Shown here one piece after another: positions 39,257-54,131 of a stretch of DNA of 64,000 nucleotides. The notes beneath the pieces are model-generated. The model did not search any database and was not told the origin of the DNA. It worked only from the letters and a program-made list of their open reading frames with translations. The stretch covers positions 82,584,001 to 82,648,000 of the forward strand of contig OZ024747.1 in the NCBI GenBank assembly GCA_964016885.1. Direction: 5' to 3'. The stretch's first letter is position 1, and each line of letters opens with the position of its first letter. Origin of the DNA: Eledone cirrhosa. Lineage: Eukaryota. The position numbers and the translations under genes are program-made.

Positions 39257-41035
39257 TATTTCTTTTATTTGCCACTAGGGCATCAAAAGTGGGACAAGTA
39301 CAAAGGGGGGAGTTTACACAAAAAGGCGTCCTCAATAAGGAGGAGGCAATAACAAAATATAAAAATAAAATAAGATATAACAAAAAATAAAATTTTTAAC
39401 AAAATCCTCAATAGAGAGGAGGCGCCTTCGGGGGTCGCACACACCCCCGAAAAAAGTGTGCAACCCTTCTCCTCAGGAGCACAGAGAAGGGGTGCTCCCT
39501 TGGTCTTTCATCTTCCTCACCTATAGTCTGATGTAGAGTGAAGGCCCATTCACACGGGCCATTCTCGCCACTTTCACCCATCTTTCATAGAAACGGCTGG
39601 GGTGCAGCACCTCTCTCTCCATCCTGATCCTTCTTCCGAAATGATATCGGAAGAAACGGACCAGTTGTTGGCCAGAGAGAAAGGTGCCCGACCTCAGTCC
39701 TTTCAGACGCGTCCACCATACAACCTCTTTCGCCATGGCTATTACGCACAGAAACACCGCCTCTGCTTCATCTTTGAAGGGGGGAGGCGGCTTGATCATT
39801 ACAATAGACTCGGTGGTCAACCGGATCGGTCCCACCCTTGACAGCAGTTGTTCGACATAGCCCCACAGATCGGCTACGCCCGAGCAGTGTACTAATGCGT
39901 GTGCAACGGTTTCCTCGTCGCACACGCATCTGGGACAGATCTTTTTGGCGGGGTCCCTACCCGGGCGCCCGTGTCTGTAGAGCCTTTCTCGAACGGGTAA
40001 AGCCCCTCGGTAGCACTGCCAGGCCAGGGACTTCTGGAAGTTGTCCATAGGTCCCGGGCTGAATGTCCTACCGAACAGGCTGGCCAGTTCGTCCTCCTCC
40101 ATGTCTAGGGCTTCTCCGAGGGCGTCGTCGCACCTGCTGCGTACCAGCCCTCTATAGAATGTTGCGGTGGAGTCTCCACTGATAACCGGATCCGCCTGCC
40201 AGAGGGCGGTGAGCGCCTGGGCACACTCAGTGTGCCAGGCGCCCAGTTTTCTCGGTCTTTGCTTGACCCAGGATTGCAGCTCGGTGAGTGAGACGAGTCT
40301 GGGAAAGGTTCGTCTCACAAACGAGGCCCACACCGGTTGTCCGGTGAGGAATACGTAGAGGTGCCGTAGCCTTAATGCGTGTTTACGCATCATTAGCCAC
40401 GGCATCCCCAGCCCTCCTTTCGAAGGGTGTTGACAGCAGATGGATCTCCTCACCATAGGAGCCCGCCTCTTCCAAAGGAATTGGAAGAGCGCGCGCTCCA
40501 TCTTGGTGAGGGTTTCCCTTGGGCAGGGCACTACGGTCAGGCGGTAGTAGATGACGGACGCTATGTAGGTGTTCGCCACCTCCGCCCGGCCTTTCAGGGA
40601 TAGTTTGCAACTGGCCCACTTCTGGGTCAGTGCAAACACCCTGTTCGTAACCTCCGCCCAGTTTTTCTCCACCTGGAGCTCCGGTCCGAACCAGACCCCG
40701 AGCAACTTCACCGGGCCCTCCGTCCAGCGTCCGACGACGCTATCGGAGGGCATCGGTCTGCCCCTCCACGTGCCGAGTTGCAAACCGATCGACTTGTCCC
40801 GGTTCAGCTTAGCCCCTGTGAACTTTTCGTACTCCTCCAGTAAGGTGCCGACCGCCTCGATTTCGGAGGCCGTCGACACCATTACTGTCACGTCATCGGC
40901 GTAGGCCGACACCGCTTTCCGCAATCCCGGTTCCAAAGGGATGCCCTGCAACAACTCCAACTTCCGCAGTAGTGGCTCGAGAGTCAACACATACAGAAGG
41001 GAGGAGAGAGGGCACCCTTGTCGGATGGACCGCGC
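39257..41035 (-). mobile_element. Young 5'-truncated Tx1/L1-clade LINE
   Basis: GC-rich block bounded by 17-bp TSD GATAGTATATAAAGATA (39240-39256, 41036-41052); AATAAA near the 3' end. Confidence 0.92.
39521..41035 (-). CDS. Truncated LINE ORF2: RT C-terminal half plus zf-RVT (CPRC..ETVAHALVHC); no true start
   Basis: RQGCPLS, AYADDV, KLLGVWF, LSLKGRAEV, GGLGMP motifs in ~505 uninterrupted codons; the first ~70 aa of the track ORF are flank read-through. Confidence 0.88.
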   Translation of the reverse strand, partial: ARSIRQGCPLSSLLYVLTLEPLLRKLELLQGIPLEPGLRKAVSAYADDVTVMVSTASEIEAVGTLLEEYEKFTGAKLNRDKSIGLQLGTWRGRPMPSDSVVGRWTEGPVKLLGVWFGPELQVEKNWAEVTNRVFALTQKWASCKLSLKGRAEVANTYIASVIYYRLTVVPCPRETLTKMERALFQFLWKRRAPMVRRSICCQHPSKGGLGMPWLMMRKHALRLRHLYVFLTGQPVWASFVRRTFPRLVSLTELQSWVKQRPRKLGAWHTECAQALTALWQADPVISGDSTATFYRGLVRSRCDDALGEALDMEEDELASLFGRTFSPGPMDNFQKSLAWQCYRGALPVRERLYRHGRPGRDPAKKICPRCVCDEETVAHALVHCSGVADLWGYVEQLLSRVGPIRLTTESIVMIKPPPPFKDEAEAVFLCVIAMAKEVVWWTRLKGLRSGTFLSGQQLVRFFRYHFGRRIRMEREVLHPSRFYERWVKVARMARVNGPSLYIRL

Positions 41036-41327
41036 GATAGTATATAAAGATAGATAACTAGACAGAAGAACAAAGGGATAGAGAGACAGACATACAGACA
41101 GACAAACAGAGATGAGGGGCATGTGGGTTTGTGTGTATTCATGAGTAAACATGATGGGTAGAAATGATTCGAGTAAATATAGAGTGAAGAAAGAAGCATA
41201 TATATATATATATATATATATACACTCCAGAGTAACAAGACTCACAATTTAGCCTTAATAAAATGAGCATTTAAACTGTAGTTCGCTATTAAGTAGTGTT
41301 TTCTCGGCCGTCATACATTTTATATAC

Positions 41328-41388
<61 letters not shown>

Positions 41389-41389
41389 T

Positions 41390-41550
<161 letters not shown>

Positions 41551-42016
41551 GAAAGAGTGTATGTGAGACTGAGATAAAAGACTAGGAAATTTAGAGTTTG
41601 AGAGAGAAAGAGAATGAGTCGTCCATCAAGAGATGAGATTAAAGCAGCGAATAGTCAGAAAGACGCAGGAAAAGCGAAGAAAACATTGGGAGGATGTGAA
41701 AGAAGTAGTGAATTTGTAGAGAAAGTTGATAATATATGATGGGTATACTAAGGGAGGAGGGAACACACGCTGAGTCAATGAGAAATGGAAAAATCTCATA
41801 GAGTTAAAATTTGGGAGTTTACATCATGTCTGTTGTATCTCATTCTCATATCTAGCAGCAAACGGTTTCTCCTTTTCCATCTCTATCACTGAAAGTACGA
41901 ACATTCTGAGATTCCTATCACACCTACGGTTTCTAAACAAACCTATGAGTAGTCCTTTAATAGCAACCACTGACGGACAGGTAGCAAGATAGGTGTTTAC
42001 GTATATTTCTATGAAT

Positions 42017-42108
<92 letters not shown>

Positions 42109-42112
42109 TGTT

Positions 42113-42165
<53 letters not shown>

Positions 42166-42205
42166 TGTAGTAGTAGTAGTAGTAGTAGTAGAGAGTAGTA
42201 GTAGT
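42017..42205. repeat. (GTA)n microsatellite
   Basis: Direct reading. Confidence 0.95.
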
Positions 42206-42532
42206 ACTTGCACAAAGCGAAACGTTACTAGCTCGTATCGTTTCGCATTTATATATTCCAGGTTGAAGAATTTAAAATGTCACTTAGACACTCAAACAAT
42301 TTATAAAATTTACCATCTTCACAATCAGATGATGTGTGAAGAGTTTCTTCAAAAATTGTATTTACATGCTGTTCGTTTTCCACGGTATTTTTTTTTTTTT
42401 CTATTTTATTTATTCATCTATGTGTTAGAATATTCAAGAGTTTGATATTTCATTTTAAGTTTGATTACTTCCATGTCCCTGTAACTCATTCTTCTGGGTG
42501 TATGTTTATGAATACCATTATTAGGTATTAGA

Positions 42533-42717
42533 GGCGGTGGATTGGCAGTATCGGTAGAGGGTCGGACGCCATGCTTTGACGCAAAGAGTTACGGCCCTTT
42601 CCATTCTGAGTTCAAATCCCGCCGAGGTTAACTTTGCCTCTCATCCTTACGGGGTCGATAAAATAAAGTACCAGTAATACACTGGGTAATTGCAGCCTTG
42701 TGCCAAAAGTAGAAATA
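42533..42717 (+). mobile_element. SINE-A full copy, young
   Basis: Boxes A and B plus core; ATTATTAGGTA flanking repeat. Confidence 0.9.
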
Positions 42718-44232
42718 ATTATTAGGTAGGAGAAATACAAAGGTACAAAGTGCCAGTTAAAATATGAATACATAGCGCTTGGCATTATGTATTTAGTCCG
42801 GGGCAAATAGGATTTCTTTTTTTTTATACGTTGGCTAATATATTATTCTTGAATTATAATTTAGCATTATTCTGAAACGGAACAATCGAAACAAATGAAT
42901 CGGCTTTTCTACTAAGTTATTGATTATTCTTTGTTAAGGTTTATCCTTTTATGTTTATATCATCCTTACACTCGGCATAAAACACACCATTGTTTATTGT
43001 GCAGTCCTTTACATCCATTGACTTGTTGAATGTATAACGCATGTGCACACAATAATAACATTTATAAGGTTAGCACTAGGGAGGGTATAAGCCGGAGGTT
43101 TTTTGCCTTATTTCAGTTTTTCCTTCTTTACCAGTTCACCAACTCGGTTTCACTCCACATATGAGACGAAAAGGTTATCTTGTATATAACACAGTTTATT
43201 GTATAACATTTAAAGTCTAGTATCAATTTAACATTAATAACCTTAACATCAACATTAAGGGGGGACATAAACCCAGCAAAAGCGCAGCAAACAATGCCAG
43301 ACATTAAAAAAAATCTAATAACAATTGTTTCTAATTTACAGGAATGGAAAAGTTGATTAAATTGACCCCACTTCTTGATTTGTCTTTTATTTTATCAACC
43401 TTTGAATGGTGAAAATTTGTAAAAAATATGTTTACATCCTTTTGCCACGTTATTTTGACTTGAAATATAATAATGGAAATTGTAGAGAAATATAAATTTT
43501 AACTACTTCTTTCAGATATTACCTCGATGTGATTTGAATCCATGACCTAAACAGCTGCCATACATTAATACAATACATTTTGTTCGATGCTCTTTAGATT
43601 CTACTAATGCACCGCCCTAACCTAACAAAAGCAATTGCATCGACAACAATGACAGCGACCAAAACAACGAAATAAAAAATTGAATTTAGAAAAATGGAAC
43701 ATTAAAATTTATATTTACAATATACATAAATACGAAGAGATGTGAAATCGAAAACAAAAACGGAATAATGGACTGAATTCCAAATAAAAACGGTAGAATA
43801 CTAGTTTAAATCTCTAGTTTCATCCTATAACGACTTGTATTTAAATTAAGCCGGAGCTAACTTTGCCTTTCATCTCTCCAATAATGATATAATAGGCAAT
43901 GGTACTGTATTGTAATCTATTCAACTGACTACACCCATTCAATAAAAACAAATGTTTTCGTTGTATCAAACTTAAAAATCAATACTCATAAATATGATAG
44001 TGAAGAAAGAGAATTCATATTTTAAAAAATGAATACATCTCTCTCTCTAATATATATATATATATATCTCACTACACATATATATATATATATATAGTGC
44101 GAGAGAAATGTATGTTCATGCATAAACACCTATATATATATATATATATATATGTAGTGAGAGATGTATGTATATATATGCGTATAGTGACAGAAAGATG
44201 TATGTACATGCATAGACACCCATATGTGTGTG

Positions 44233-44930
<698 letters not shown>

Positions 44931-45163
44931 AATATTTGCTCTGAACTAACAGTTTAATGTTAGCTAACATAGAAAGTCATTCATGACTGCAGTATAATAG
45001 ATACTGCTAGAAACGTAGGCTATTTCAATACTAAGTTCCCAATCGTTAAAACAATTGTTTGAAAACGTGATAACTTAAAACTTAAAGATACACATCAATA
45101 AGTTAGAACTGCATTGAGTGCGTATTTTCAGGTTAGCAAACACAAATATTTCTCTCTATATAT

Positions 45164-45196
<33 letters not shown>

Positions 45197-45407
45197 AATC
45201 ATGTATATTTTTATTTGTTTGACCCGAATTACTTGATCGTATTTTTTGGCTGTGCGAATGATTGTTTAAGCATCGTCTCAGTGTGTTTGGTATTAAACGT
45301 TAGTTATAGCTCTGGTTCATCCGAACCATTGAGCACTTTGCCGCACATTTCGAAGATTGTTTTTCGTTATTTCGTGGGCCGAAGTTCCGATTCTCGATAA
45401 TTTTATT

Positions 45408-45440
<33 letters not shown>

Positions 45441-45540
45441 CATTGAGCTAATTTTCTTACTGGTATTTGGGTAATACAAAATATTACCCTTTTCTTATTT
45501 ATAATTGTATATAGATCATATATATATATATAAGTATAAA

Positions 45541-45583
<43 letters not shown>

Positions 45584-45700
45584 AATTATTATATATATAT
45601 CCATGTATGTATATACATATATATGTATGTGTGTGTGTGTTTGTCTGTGTATGTATGTATGTATATATATATATATATACATATATATACATATATATAC

Positions 45701-45915
<215 letters not shown>

Positions 45916-46073
45916 TCGTCCCAACAGAAATACTTATAGCTATCGACTAATATTATAATTAATACTTGAAAAACGCGGGTAAAATACATCAGGAAATTGG
46001 GGGAAAGTTTCTAGCGTTGAACAGAACCACACATCTCTCGGATGCTGAGTGAGTACGTTAGCCATTACATTAA

Positions 46074-47064
46074 GCCTATTAAGCCTTCTGTGGGGAGGGT
46101 CTAAGAGTGCACTCCACCCCATCCTCGTAGGGATTTTTTTTATAATTTTTTAAAAGAAGCAAATTCTTTTCTGAAACATGGTGACTTTTCCTAAATTATA
46201 TCTTCTTATATCCTCACATAACTGATTTTGAAAACAAAGTTTCCCCGCTGCCATGGAGGTGAACAGGTTTTACACGGCAGGAATTGAACAGGTGTTACAA
46301 AATTTGATTATACAGCCTTTGTAACCGAAACAATATACCCAAACACCGTTACCAATATAATGGTTTCTTATATAGGCACAAGGCCAGCAATTTTTTTTTG
46401 GGGGGGGGGGTCGATTAAATTGACCCCAGTACATTACTGGTACTTTATTTTATCGACCCCGTAAGGATAAAAGCAAAGTTAATCTCAGCGTGATTTAAAC
46501 TCAAACCATAAAGGGCCGTAACTCTATGCTGCAAAGCATGGCGTCCGACCCTCTGCCGATACTGCCAATCCACCGCCCGGGTACCAATATAATGAATGTG
46601 TTTTGAGTTACATGACAACCACGTCATTTCCATATTAACCACGTGATTACCATTGCAACATATCTTTATTTTGTAAAGTGTTTGACAATTGCATTGTTGT
46701 TTCATTTAATATCAAACATTAAAGAGAAAGTACTTGACAGAAGTTTAAGCAATAAGAGATATTTTGAATTTTGATCTTTGTCCCTACCAAGTTTCATTTT
46801 CACGGCGTTAGTAAATTCGTCAAAATTTCAGCAATTATTACAAAACAAATGTTAGAAAATTTGCTGACGTCATCAGAAAAATGCTGATGTCAGCAACATT
46901 TTTGTAATGCAGAAATATTTACCTATGAATGGTCTATATATGTGCAAGTTCCATTGTCAAAGCTATAGTGGTTCAATAATAAATCAGAGAAAGGCTCTCG
47001 GAACCTCCCCCATCCAGGCTTACGGAGCCCCACCCCCGCCGCCCAAAATCCGATTTTTATAAGT
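46074..47064. mobile_element. Decayed TTAA-flanked non-autonomous DNA transposon (piggyBac-like) with a SINE inside
   Basis: Degenerate TTAA-GCCTATT and ATAAGT-TTAA ends, G-rich/C-rich subtermini, internal TTGCTGACGTC..GATGTCAGCAA hairpin. Confidence 0.35.
46363..46578 (-). mobile_element. SINE-A full copy with TSD
   Basis: TACCAATATAATG on both sides. Confidence 0.9.
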
Positions 47065-47168
47065 TTAAAGTATTCTTGACCACTGATTTACCGCATTTTA
47101 GTAGATGTTTAACCTGTAGCTGGAGATGTAAACATCTCATGGATATAAAGAGCATTGGGAAAAGTTGT

Positions 47169-47293
47169 AATTGAAAATGTATTCGTTCCAGCATAAATGG
47201 TTATATATAAATAGTCGATCACTATAAAGTTGGAATTGAAAATGTATTCGTTCCAGCATAAATGGCTATATATAAATAGTCGATCACTATAAA
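47169..47293. repeat. Tandem duplication, 65-bp period
   Basis: AATTGAAAATGTATTCGTTCCAGCATAAATGG..GATCACTATAAA twice. Confidence 0.9.
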
Positions 47294-47439
47294 TATCAGT
47301 TGGAAAAAACCTAAGTGTATGTTACCCCTTCTGTTTAGCAATGATTTCATATATCTGCATGTTTCACTTTATTCAAAATCTCGGCATATATTTATTGTTC
47401 AAATTTAGTTTAACCAACGATAAATTTGTTTACACGCAC

Positions 47440-47503
<64 letters not shown>

Positions 47504-48120
47504 ATGTAGATACATATATGTATATTATGGTGAGGTGTAATTGAAAATAATTACTATTGATATTCTGTATTTTACACCTTAAAAGTAGTCTGGAAAAAAA
47601 TATGTTTACATCTTTTTGTCACATTATTTTGACTTGAAATATAATATTGGAAATCGTAGAGAGATATAAATTTTAACTACTTCTTTTAGATATTTGTCTA
47701 TATATGTACATGTGAGCGTATACGTATGTGTACAAAAGTATATGTCTACATATAAATACTTACATATCAATAAAGTTTTTTATTTTATTTTATTTTATTT
47801 TAGTTGTGTGTGTATTTAATGAATATGTAGGTAAGAAAGTTTGTTGCTTCGTATGTTGGAGTATGTGTTCGATGTTTCTCACATTTATTACATCAACAAC
47901 GGTACAAGTCAAAACAAAATTAATAGCACTCTAATATTGCTGATTCCAAACCAATATTATAGTTATTCCCATGAATATCTTTATGAGATACCATATAATA
48001 AGATATATGAAATAATACAAAAAAATACAGGTAAATATGTTGACATGATAATATATGGAAGAAAAATAGAGGGAACGTCTTGTAACACCGTAGCACTTCT
48101 CAGCTGTAGCAAAACACCGA

Positions 48121-48192
<72 letters not shown>

Positions 48193-48267
48193 GCTTATAT
48201 ACACACATACATACATATATATACACACACATATATACACATATACATACATATAAATACATATACA

Positions 48268-48321
<54 letters not shown>

Positions 48322-48649
48322 TAACAGATTAAAGTTTAAGCAAAGAATCGGTGCTTTCACCCTTAACGAGATCTTCTGAAACTAACAAAGTCAATCTGTG
48401 AACGCAGAAGTGAATATTTCTATATATATATATATATATTTCGTTTCTGAATTTGTTTAGCAAGATTCTTTATCTGAAATCGTGTGTTGAAACCGATATT
48501 GTTATACTTTGGGAGGGTCATGTTGCAAATAAGAAACACACGCACCAGTTGCTTTCACTTCAATTTATTATATATTTATAAATTTACAAATTTATAAATT
48601 TCTGGTTGGTTGGTTGGTTGGTTCCACAACCAGATAGTTGTTTATATAT

Positions 48650-48694
48650 AGTCATAGTTCTTTCGTCACACACTCTGTGACCTCTTCAGTGACT
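48650..48694 (-). ncRNA. Hammerhead-like motif in the PLE 3' region
   Basis: AGTCA-CTGAAGA-G-GTCACA gagtg TGTGAC-GAAA-GAAC-TA^TGACT. Confidence 0.65.
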
Positions 48695-49106
48695 GGGGAT
48701 TCCTTTCTTTGTTTCTGTGCCTCTCCTTTGTTCTGTCCTACGCCATTTTGTTTCTGTGTGTGTGTTGTGTGCTCAGTCTGCGCATGCGCCACATCCGGGT
48801 GTCTGTGTGTGTTTATGTTCATTTATTTATTTGTTTATTTACATGTTACTGGTTGGTTGTTTGTTCTATGTGTGTGTGTGTTTTCATTTTGTCCTTAATT
48901 GTAAGTTGTGATGTTGCTGTTCCACTCATATTTTCTATTTAATTTTGGTTGTAATTCTTTTATGTTTATTGCCTCTGTAATTTGTCTAAACATTGCGTCT
49001 TTTCTGTGTGTAGATTCTATTTTTATTTCTACACAACACACACACAGAAACAAAATGGCGTAGGACAGAACAAAGGAGAGGCACAGAAACAAAGAAAGGA
49101 ATCCCC

Positions 49107-49151
49107 AGTCACTGAAGAGGTCACAGAGTGTGTGACGAAAGAACTATGACT
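49107..49151 (+). ncRNA. Hammerhead-like motif in the inverted copy
   Basis: Same motif as 48650-48694 on the opposite strand. Confidence 0.65.
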
Positions 49152-49293
49152 ATATATAAACAACTATCTGGTTGTGGAACCAACCAACCAACCAGAAATT
49201 TATAAAATTGTAAATTTATAAATATATAATAAATTGAAGTGAAAGCAACTGGTGCGTGTGTTTCTTATTGGCAACATGACCCTCCCAAAGTAT

Positions 49294-49332
<39 letters not shown>

Positions 49333-49452
49333 TACATACCCACGATCACATGTCCGCGCATACACGTAAGTAAATATATTGTATCGTCAAGTATGAAATT
49401 TGTAGAAATATGTAGAAATACTAACACATTCCTACAAATTTCATACTTGGCT

Positions 49453-49501
<49 letters not shown>

Positions 49502-49684
49502 CCGTGTATGAGAATGTGTGAATGTGGGGGTGTATGTATGTAATTGGCCAACCTGCCGTATATGTCAGCCTGCTAGAGAATATTCAATACGCGTGATCAT
49601 TTCTCTACCTTCACACACACAGTGTCATTTTCTGACTGTATTCCAGCGAATATCTAATAGAAATTTACACACACAAACACACAC

Positions 49685-50046
<362 letters not shown>

Positions 50047-50064
50047 GTGTGTGTTTGTGTGTAG

Positions 50065-50250
50065 GGCGGTGGATTGGCAGTATCGGTAGAGGGTCGGACG
50101 CCATGCTTTCTAGCATAGTTACGTCCCTTTACGATCTGAGTTCAAATCCCGCCGAGGTTGGCTTTGCCTTTCACCCTTACGGGGTCGATAAAATAAAGTA
50201 CCAGTAATGCACTGGATGATTGCTGGCCTTGTGCCTGAAGTAGAAACAAT

Positions 50251-50251
<1 letters not shown>
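50065..50251 (+). mobile_element. SINE-A full copy
   Basis: Boxes A and B plus core. Confidence 0.9.
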
Positions 50252-50285
<34 letters not shown>

Positions 50286-50297
50286 ATACAATCATAG

Positions 50298-50327
<30 letters not shown>

Positions 50328-50328
<1 letters not shown>

Positions 50329-50538
50329 ACAAAGGAATTGTGGTAAGGAACCAGATGGACCATAACACACCAGAGTACTCAATACTTAGGGTAGTAGAGT
50401 GGGAAATAGAAAAAAGTATGACCCCGAAGGCAAAGCTCAAGCCGTTTCGACGGCTATTTCTGGACTGAATAGCCAGAAATAGTCCAGAAATAGCCGTCGA
50501 AACGGCTTGAGCTCTGCCGTCGGGGTTATACTTTTTCC
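50328..50538 (-). mobile_element. (TA)n-embedded fold-back insert (family shared with 33646 and 60115)
   Basis: 58-bp arms 50409-50466 / 50481-50538 plus 80-bp tail. Confidence 0.8.
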
Positions 50539-50945
50539 TATATATATATATATATATATACTTATGTGTTTCTGCAGTACATAATATATATATATCTGTG
50601 TATGATAGATTCACTTATTTAACTTTTATCATCTTCAATATTTAGTTTTGTCAATATATTGATGTAAAAATTGAACCAATCGCTAGGTCATAATTTTTGT
50701 TTGATTATCGATTACCAGCTTATCTGGTTGAAGATCATCTCTATGACTCTTTCCATCTTTCTTATATTTGATATTCATACATTTCTGCACGTCTATAAAT
50801 CTAAAATATATACGTTACAGTGTGTATGTGTGTATATATATATGATTAAGCACTAAACTTCGCCATTTTTCATTGTTCAACTCACACACACACACACCTA
50901 TATATATATATATATATATTCATACATAGATACACACATACACAG

Positions 50946-51030
<85 letters not shown>

Positions 51031-51117
51031 CATATGTACATACATACATACATTCATATATACACACATTTATATATATATACACACATACATATATATA
51101 TATAAATATATATACAT

Positions 51118-51148
<31 letters not shown>

Positions 51149-53104
51149 CATATATACATACATATATACATATACATATATATATAGGAAGTCCACGTCA
51201 TTATATGTTGCTTTGCATGTGGTTAATAAAGAAAGCATTATATGTTGCTTTAAACCCTCTTTTTAGAATACTGCAGATCATCATATTTAATATAGATTGC
51301 TCAAATCTAGTTTTTATAAAACACATATAACTGTTACTCTTATCTTGTGGGATACAATCTCACACAATGATGTAACAGGTGAGAAAAAACACTAGAACAG
51401 CTGAAATATTTTTCACAACGTGTTATACAGTCTAAACAATGATAGTCATGATAAGTTGTAATAAAATAAAATCATTCCTCTGTTACCCTGGAGCCATTGC
51501 CTTTCTCTTCCGTTTTTAATTATTGATAAAGATTTATATTATTTTAAAAAAAGAACAAATTGTACAAGAAATGAAAATATCTTAAATAAAATTCAAATAT
51601 ACTTTATGAATTATCTAAACGCCGAGAGCGTTTGAAATCTGAAAATATAAGAAACTCAAACTAAAAAAATAAATGTTTGGACTGTGTGTAAAATATTCGA
51701 GATAGACTGAACCATGGATTAAACTTTCATATGTATTTTGAAAAATATATAATAAAAAGTAACAATTTTAGTGAACATTCACCGAAAAACTATAGGAGTC
51801 AACAAAATAATTGTGGTCAAATGTAATAAGAGGAGAAATGTGGGAATTTCAACATTTGATGGCTAGCGCAATGTATCATGCAAAATCTATTATCAACAGT
51901 TTAATCATAAAAAATATGTCAATGGGTATTTGTTCCACGATATTCGTCGCAGCTGAGCCTAATTGAAAAACTACTCTTACGTCTAGAATTATCACTATAG
52001 AAAATAGATGCAGCTGCGAAATTTAGCAGAATAATGATTTAGAATAGAAAATTAAAGAGAAGAGAATTACAATTTTAAAAGGCTTTTAAAGCAATATGAG
52101 AAAATATTAAGAATCGGTTTTTAATCCTGTACCTGTCTAGTGGTGTTGAGTAGAAAAATGAGTTATTTTGTTGTTATACAAACTTTTTAACTGAAATTAA
52201 TGTATTGATATATTTTAAATGATAATTTGACAATATTCTTCAGTTTGTTAACACTCTGAAAAAAGTGGCGGTTTGGGGGGGGGGGGTGCATTTATACACA
52301 GAAAATCTGATGCATTTGCCTCATTAAGATCGAAATTGCATAGAAATTTTGAAAAGCATTCTAAAATTTCAAGAGAAAAGAAATCGTCACATTTATGTGT
52401 CTTGAAAACTAAATGTTAAATAACCCTTAAAAACATTGATGTAATATAGTAATCTTCCGTTGTCTATTTCTCCATTGCTTTTAACGCTTGCCACCTGGTT
52501 TACATTACAATATGATTACACCCAACTGATTTTCACACATGCATTTAAACATGTTTCATAAGATACCCCAATACATTTCACATATTTTATGGTACATGTG
52601 TGTGTGTGTTAAATGTGAAAATTGTTTAATAGCTGTTTTAATCAAGGTCACCCCTGATCAAAGTTAATCAAGCCGTGACAGTTTTTCCATAAACTGCATT
52701 TGGCCTTTATTTGACTAATGTGTTTTCCATGTTATTTTGGGTTTTTTTTACAAGGCAGTTGATGTGATTTAGGTAGATATTGCTGATATTTCTAGCAAGT
52801 CAAGTGAGCACATAGAGACTCTCTCTTTGTTATTAAGTTGCCTCGTGGAAGTACTGTTTTTTTTATATACGACGTAACCAAATTTGCCTTATATTCATCC
52901 GGGAATGACAAATTAAAGCACCAGTTGACCACTGGGTTGATGCCATTGACTTTCTCTTCACCGTCATTCTTACTCAACTCTCCACAAAATGTTTGACCTT
53001 ATGCCTAAATTATAAACCATTTTCTGTGGATAATATTGTTGTTTCTTTTGTTGTTGAGGAAGATGATGATGATGATGGTGGTGTGGTGGGAGATGATGAT
53101 AATT

Positions 53105-53312
53105 GTTGCAGATTTAGGCAAAAGGCCAGCAATTTGGCTGGAGGGATAGGCGATTAAATCGACCCCAGTGCATTACTGGTACTTTATTTTATTGACCGTC
53201 GTAATGATGAAAGGCAAAGCTAACCTCGGCGGTATTTGAACTCAGTATGTAAAGGGTTGTAACTCTATGCCACGAAGCATGCTGTCCGACGCTCTACCGA
53301 TACTGCCAATCC
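53105..53312 (-). mobile_element. SINE-A full copy
   Basis: Consensus in reverse. Confidence 0.9.
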
Positions 53313-53510
53313 ATGCTAATAATGATGACAAGGGTGAGGATGACTAAAAGTGTTAGTGTCTGTTGTAATTGTTTGTTGATTATAAAGGGTAAGTAAATCC
53401 CCACAGTCTAACAAACCTGAACAACCACGGAAGAAGTTTTCAATGTTTCTCATATTGATAGCCTCGTCGAGTGTTATCACGATCGTAATGGTGGGTATTT
53501 TTAGTTAATG

Positions 53511-53879
53511 GGCGGTGGATTGGCAGTATCGGTAGAGGATCGGACGCCATGCTTTGACGCATAGAGTTACGGCCCTTTCCATTCTGAAATCAAATCCCGC
53601 CGAGGTTAACTTTGCCTTTCATCCTTACGGAGTCGATAAAATAAAGTACCAGTAATACACTGGGATAATTGCTGGCCTTGTGCCAAAAGTAGAAACAATT
53701 ATTATCATTATAGGAATTCCATCGGACATGTATCGTAGCGTATGGTTACGGCCCTTTACGTTCTGAGTTCAAATCCCGCCGAGGTTAACTTTGCCTTTCA
53801 TCCTTACGGGGTCGATAAAATAAAGTACCAGTAATGCACTAGATAATTGCTGGCCTTGTGCCAAAACTAGAAACAGTTA
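53511..53879 (+). mobile_element. Tandem SINE-A pair (53511-53703 full; 53722-53879 5'-truncated)
   Basis: Two cores; TTAGTTAATG repeated on both sides of the pair. Confidence 0.88.
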
Positions 53880-53960
53880 TTAGTTAATGTTTTTGTTGAA
53901 AATTGTTGATGATAAGGCTATTGATATTCCCATTATAGTGAATACTTATTCACTATAATG

Positions 53961-54131
53961 GGCACAAGGACAGCAATTACCCCAGTGTATTACTGGTACT
54001 TTATTTTATCGACCTGTAAGGATGAAAGGCAAAGTTAACCTCGGCGGGATTTTAATTCGGAACGTAAAGGGCCGTAACTCTTTGCTACAAAGCATGGCGT
54101 CCGACCATCTACCGATACTGCCAATCCACCA
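53961..54131 (-). mobile_element. SINE-A copy lacking its 3' tail, with a 16-bp TSD
   Basis: CCCATTATAGTGAATA at 53929-53944 and 54132-54147. Confidence 0.88.

Larger units (their letters stand above)
48438..49300 (-). mobile_element. Penelope-like element (same family as 14980-16174), 5'-truncated, with an inverted terminal-repeat copy (49031-49300)
   Basis: Minus strand EIKIESTHRKDAMFRQITEAINIKELQPKLNRKYEWN; ~270-bp inverted duplicate of the 3' region; (TA)n on both sides. Confidence 0.9.

Noticed and set aside
41036-41245. N-terminal 70 aa of the 574-aa ORF as a real start
   Set aside because: Lies in or beyond the TSD, in microsatellite-rich flank; chance read-through
48345-48390. Minus-strand CAGAAGA..GAAA motif between (TA)n tracts
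   Set aside because: Core mismatch, and no clear NUH or stem I
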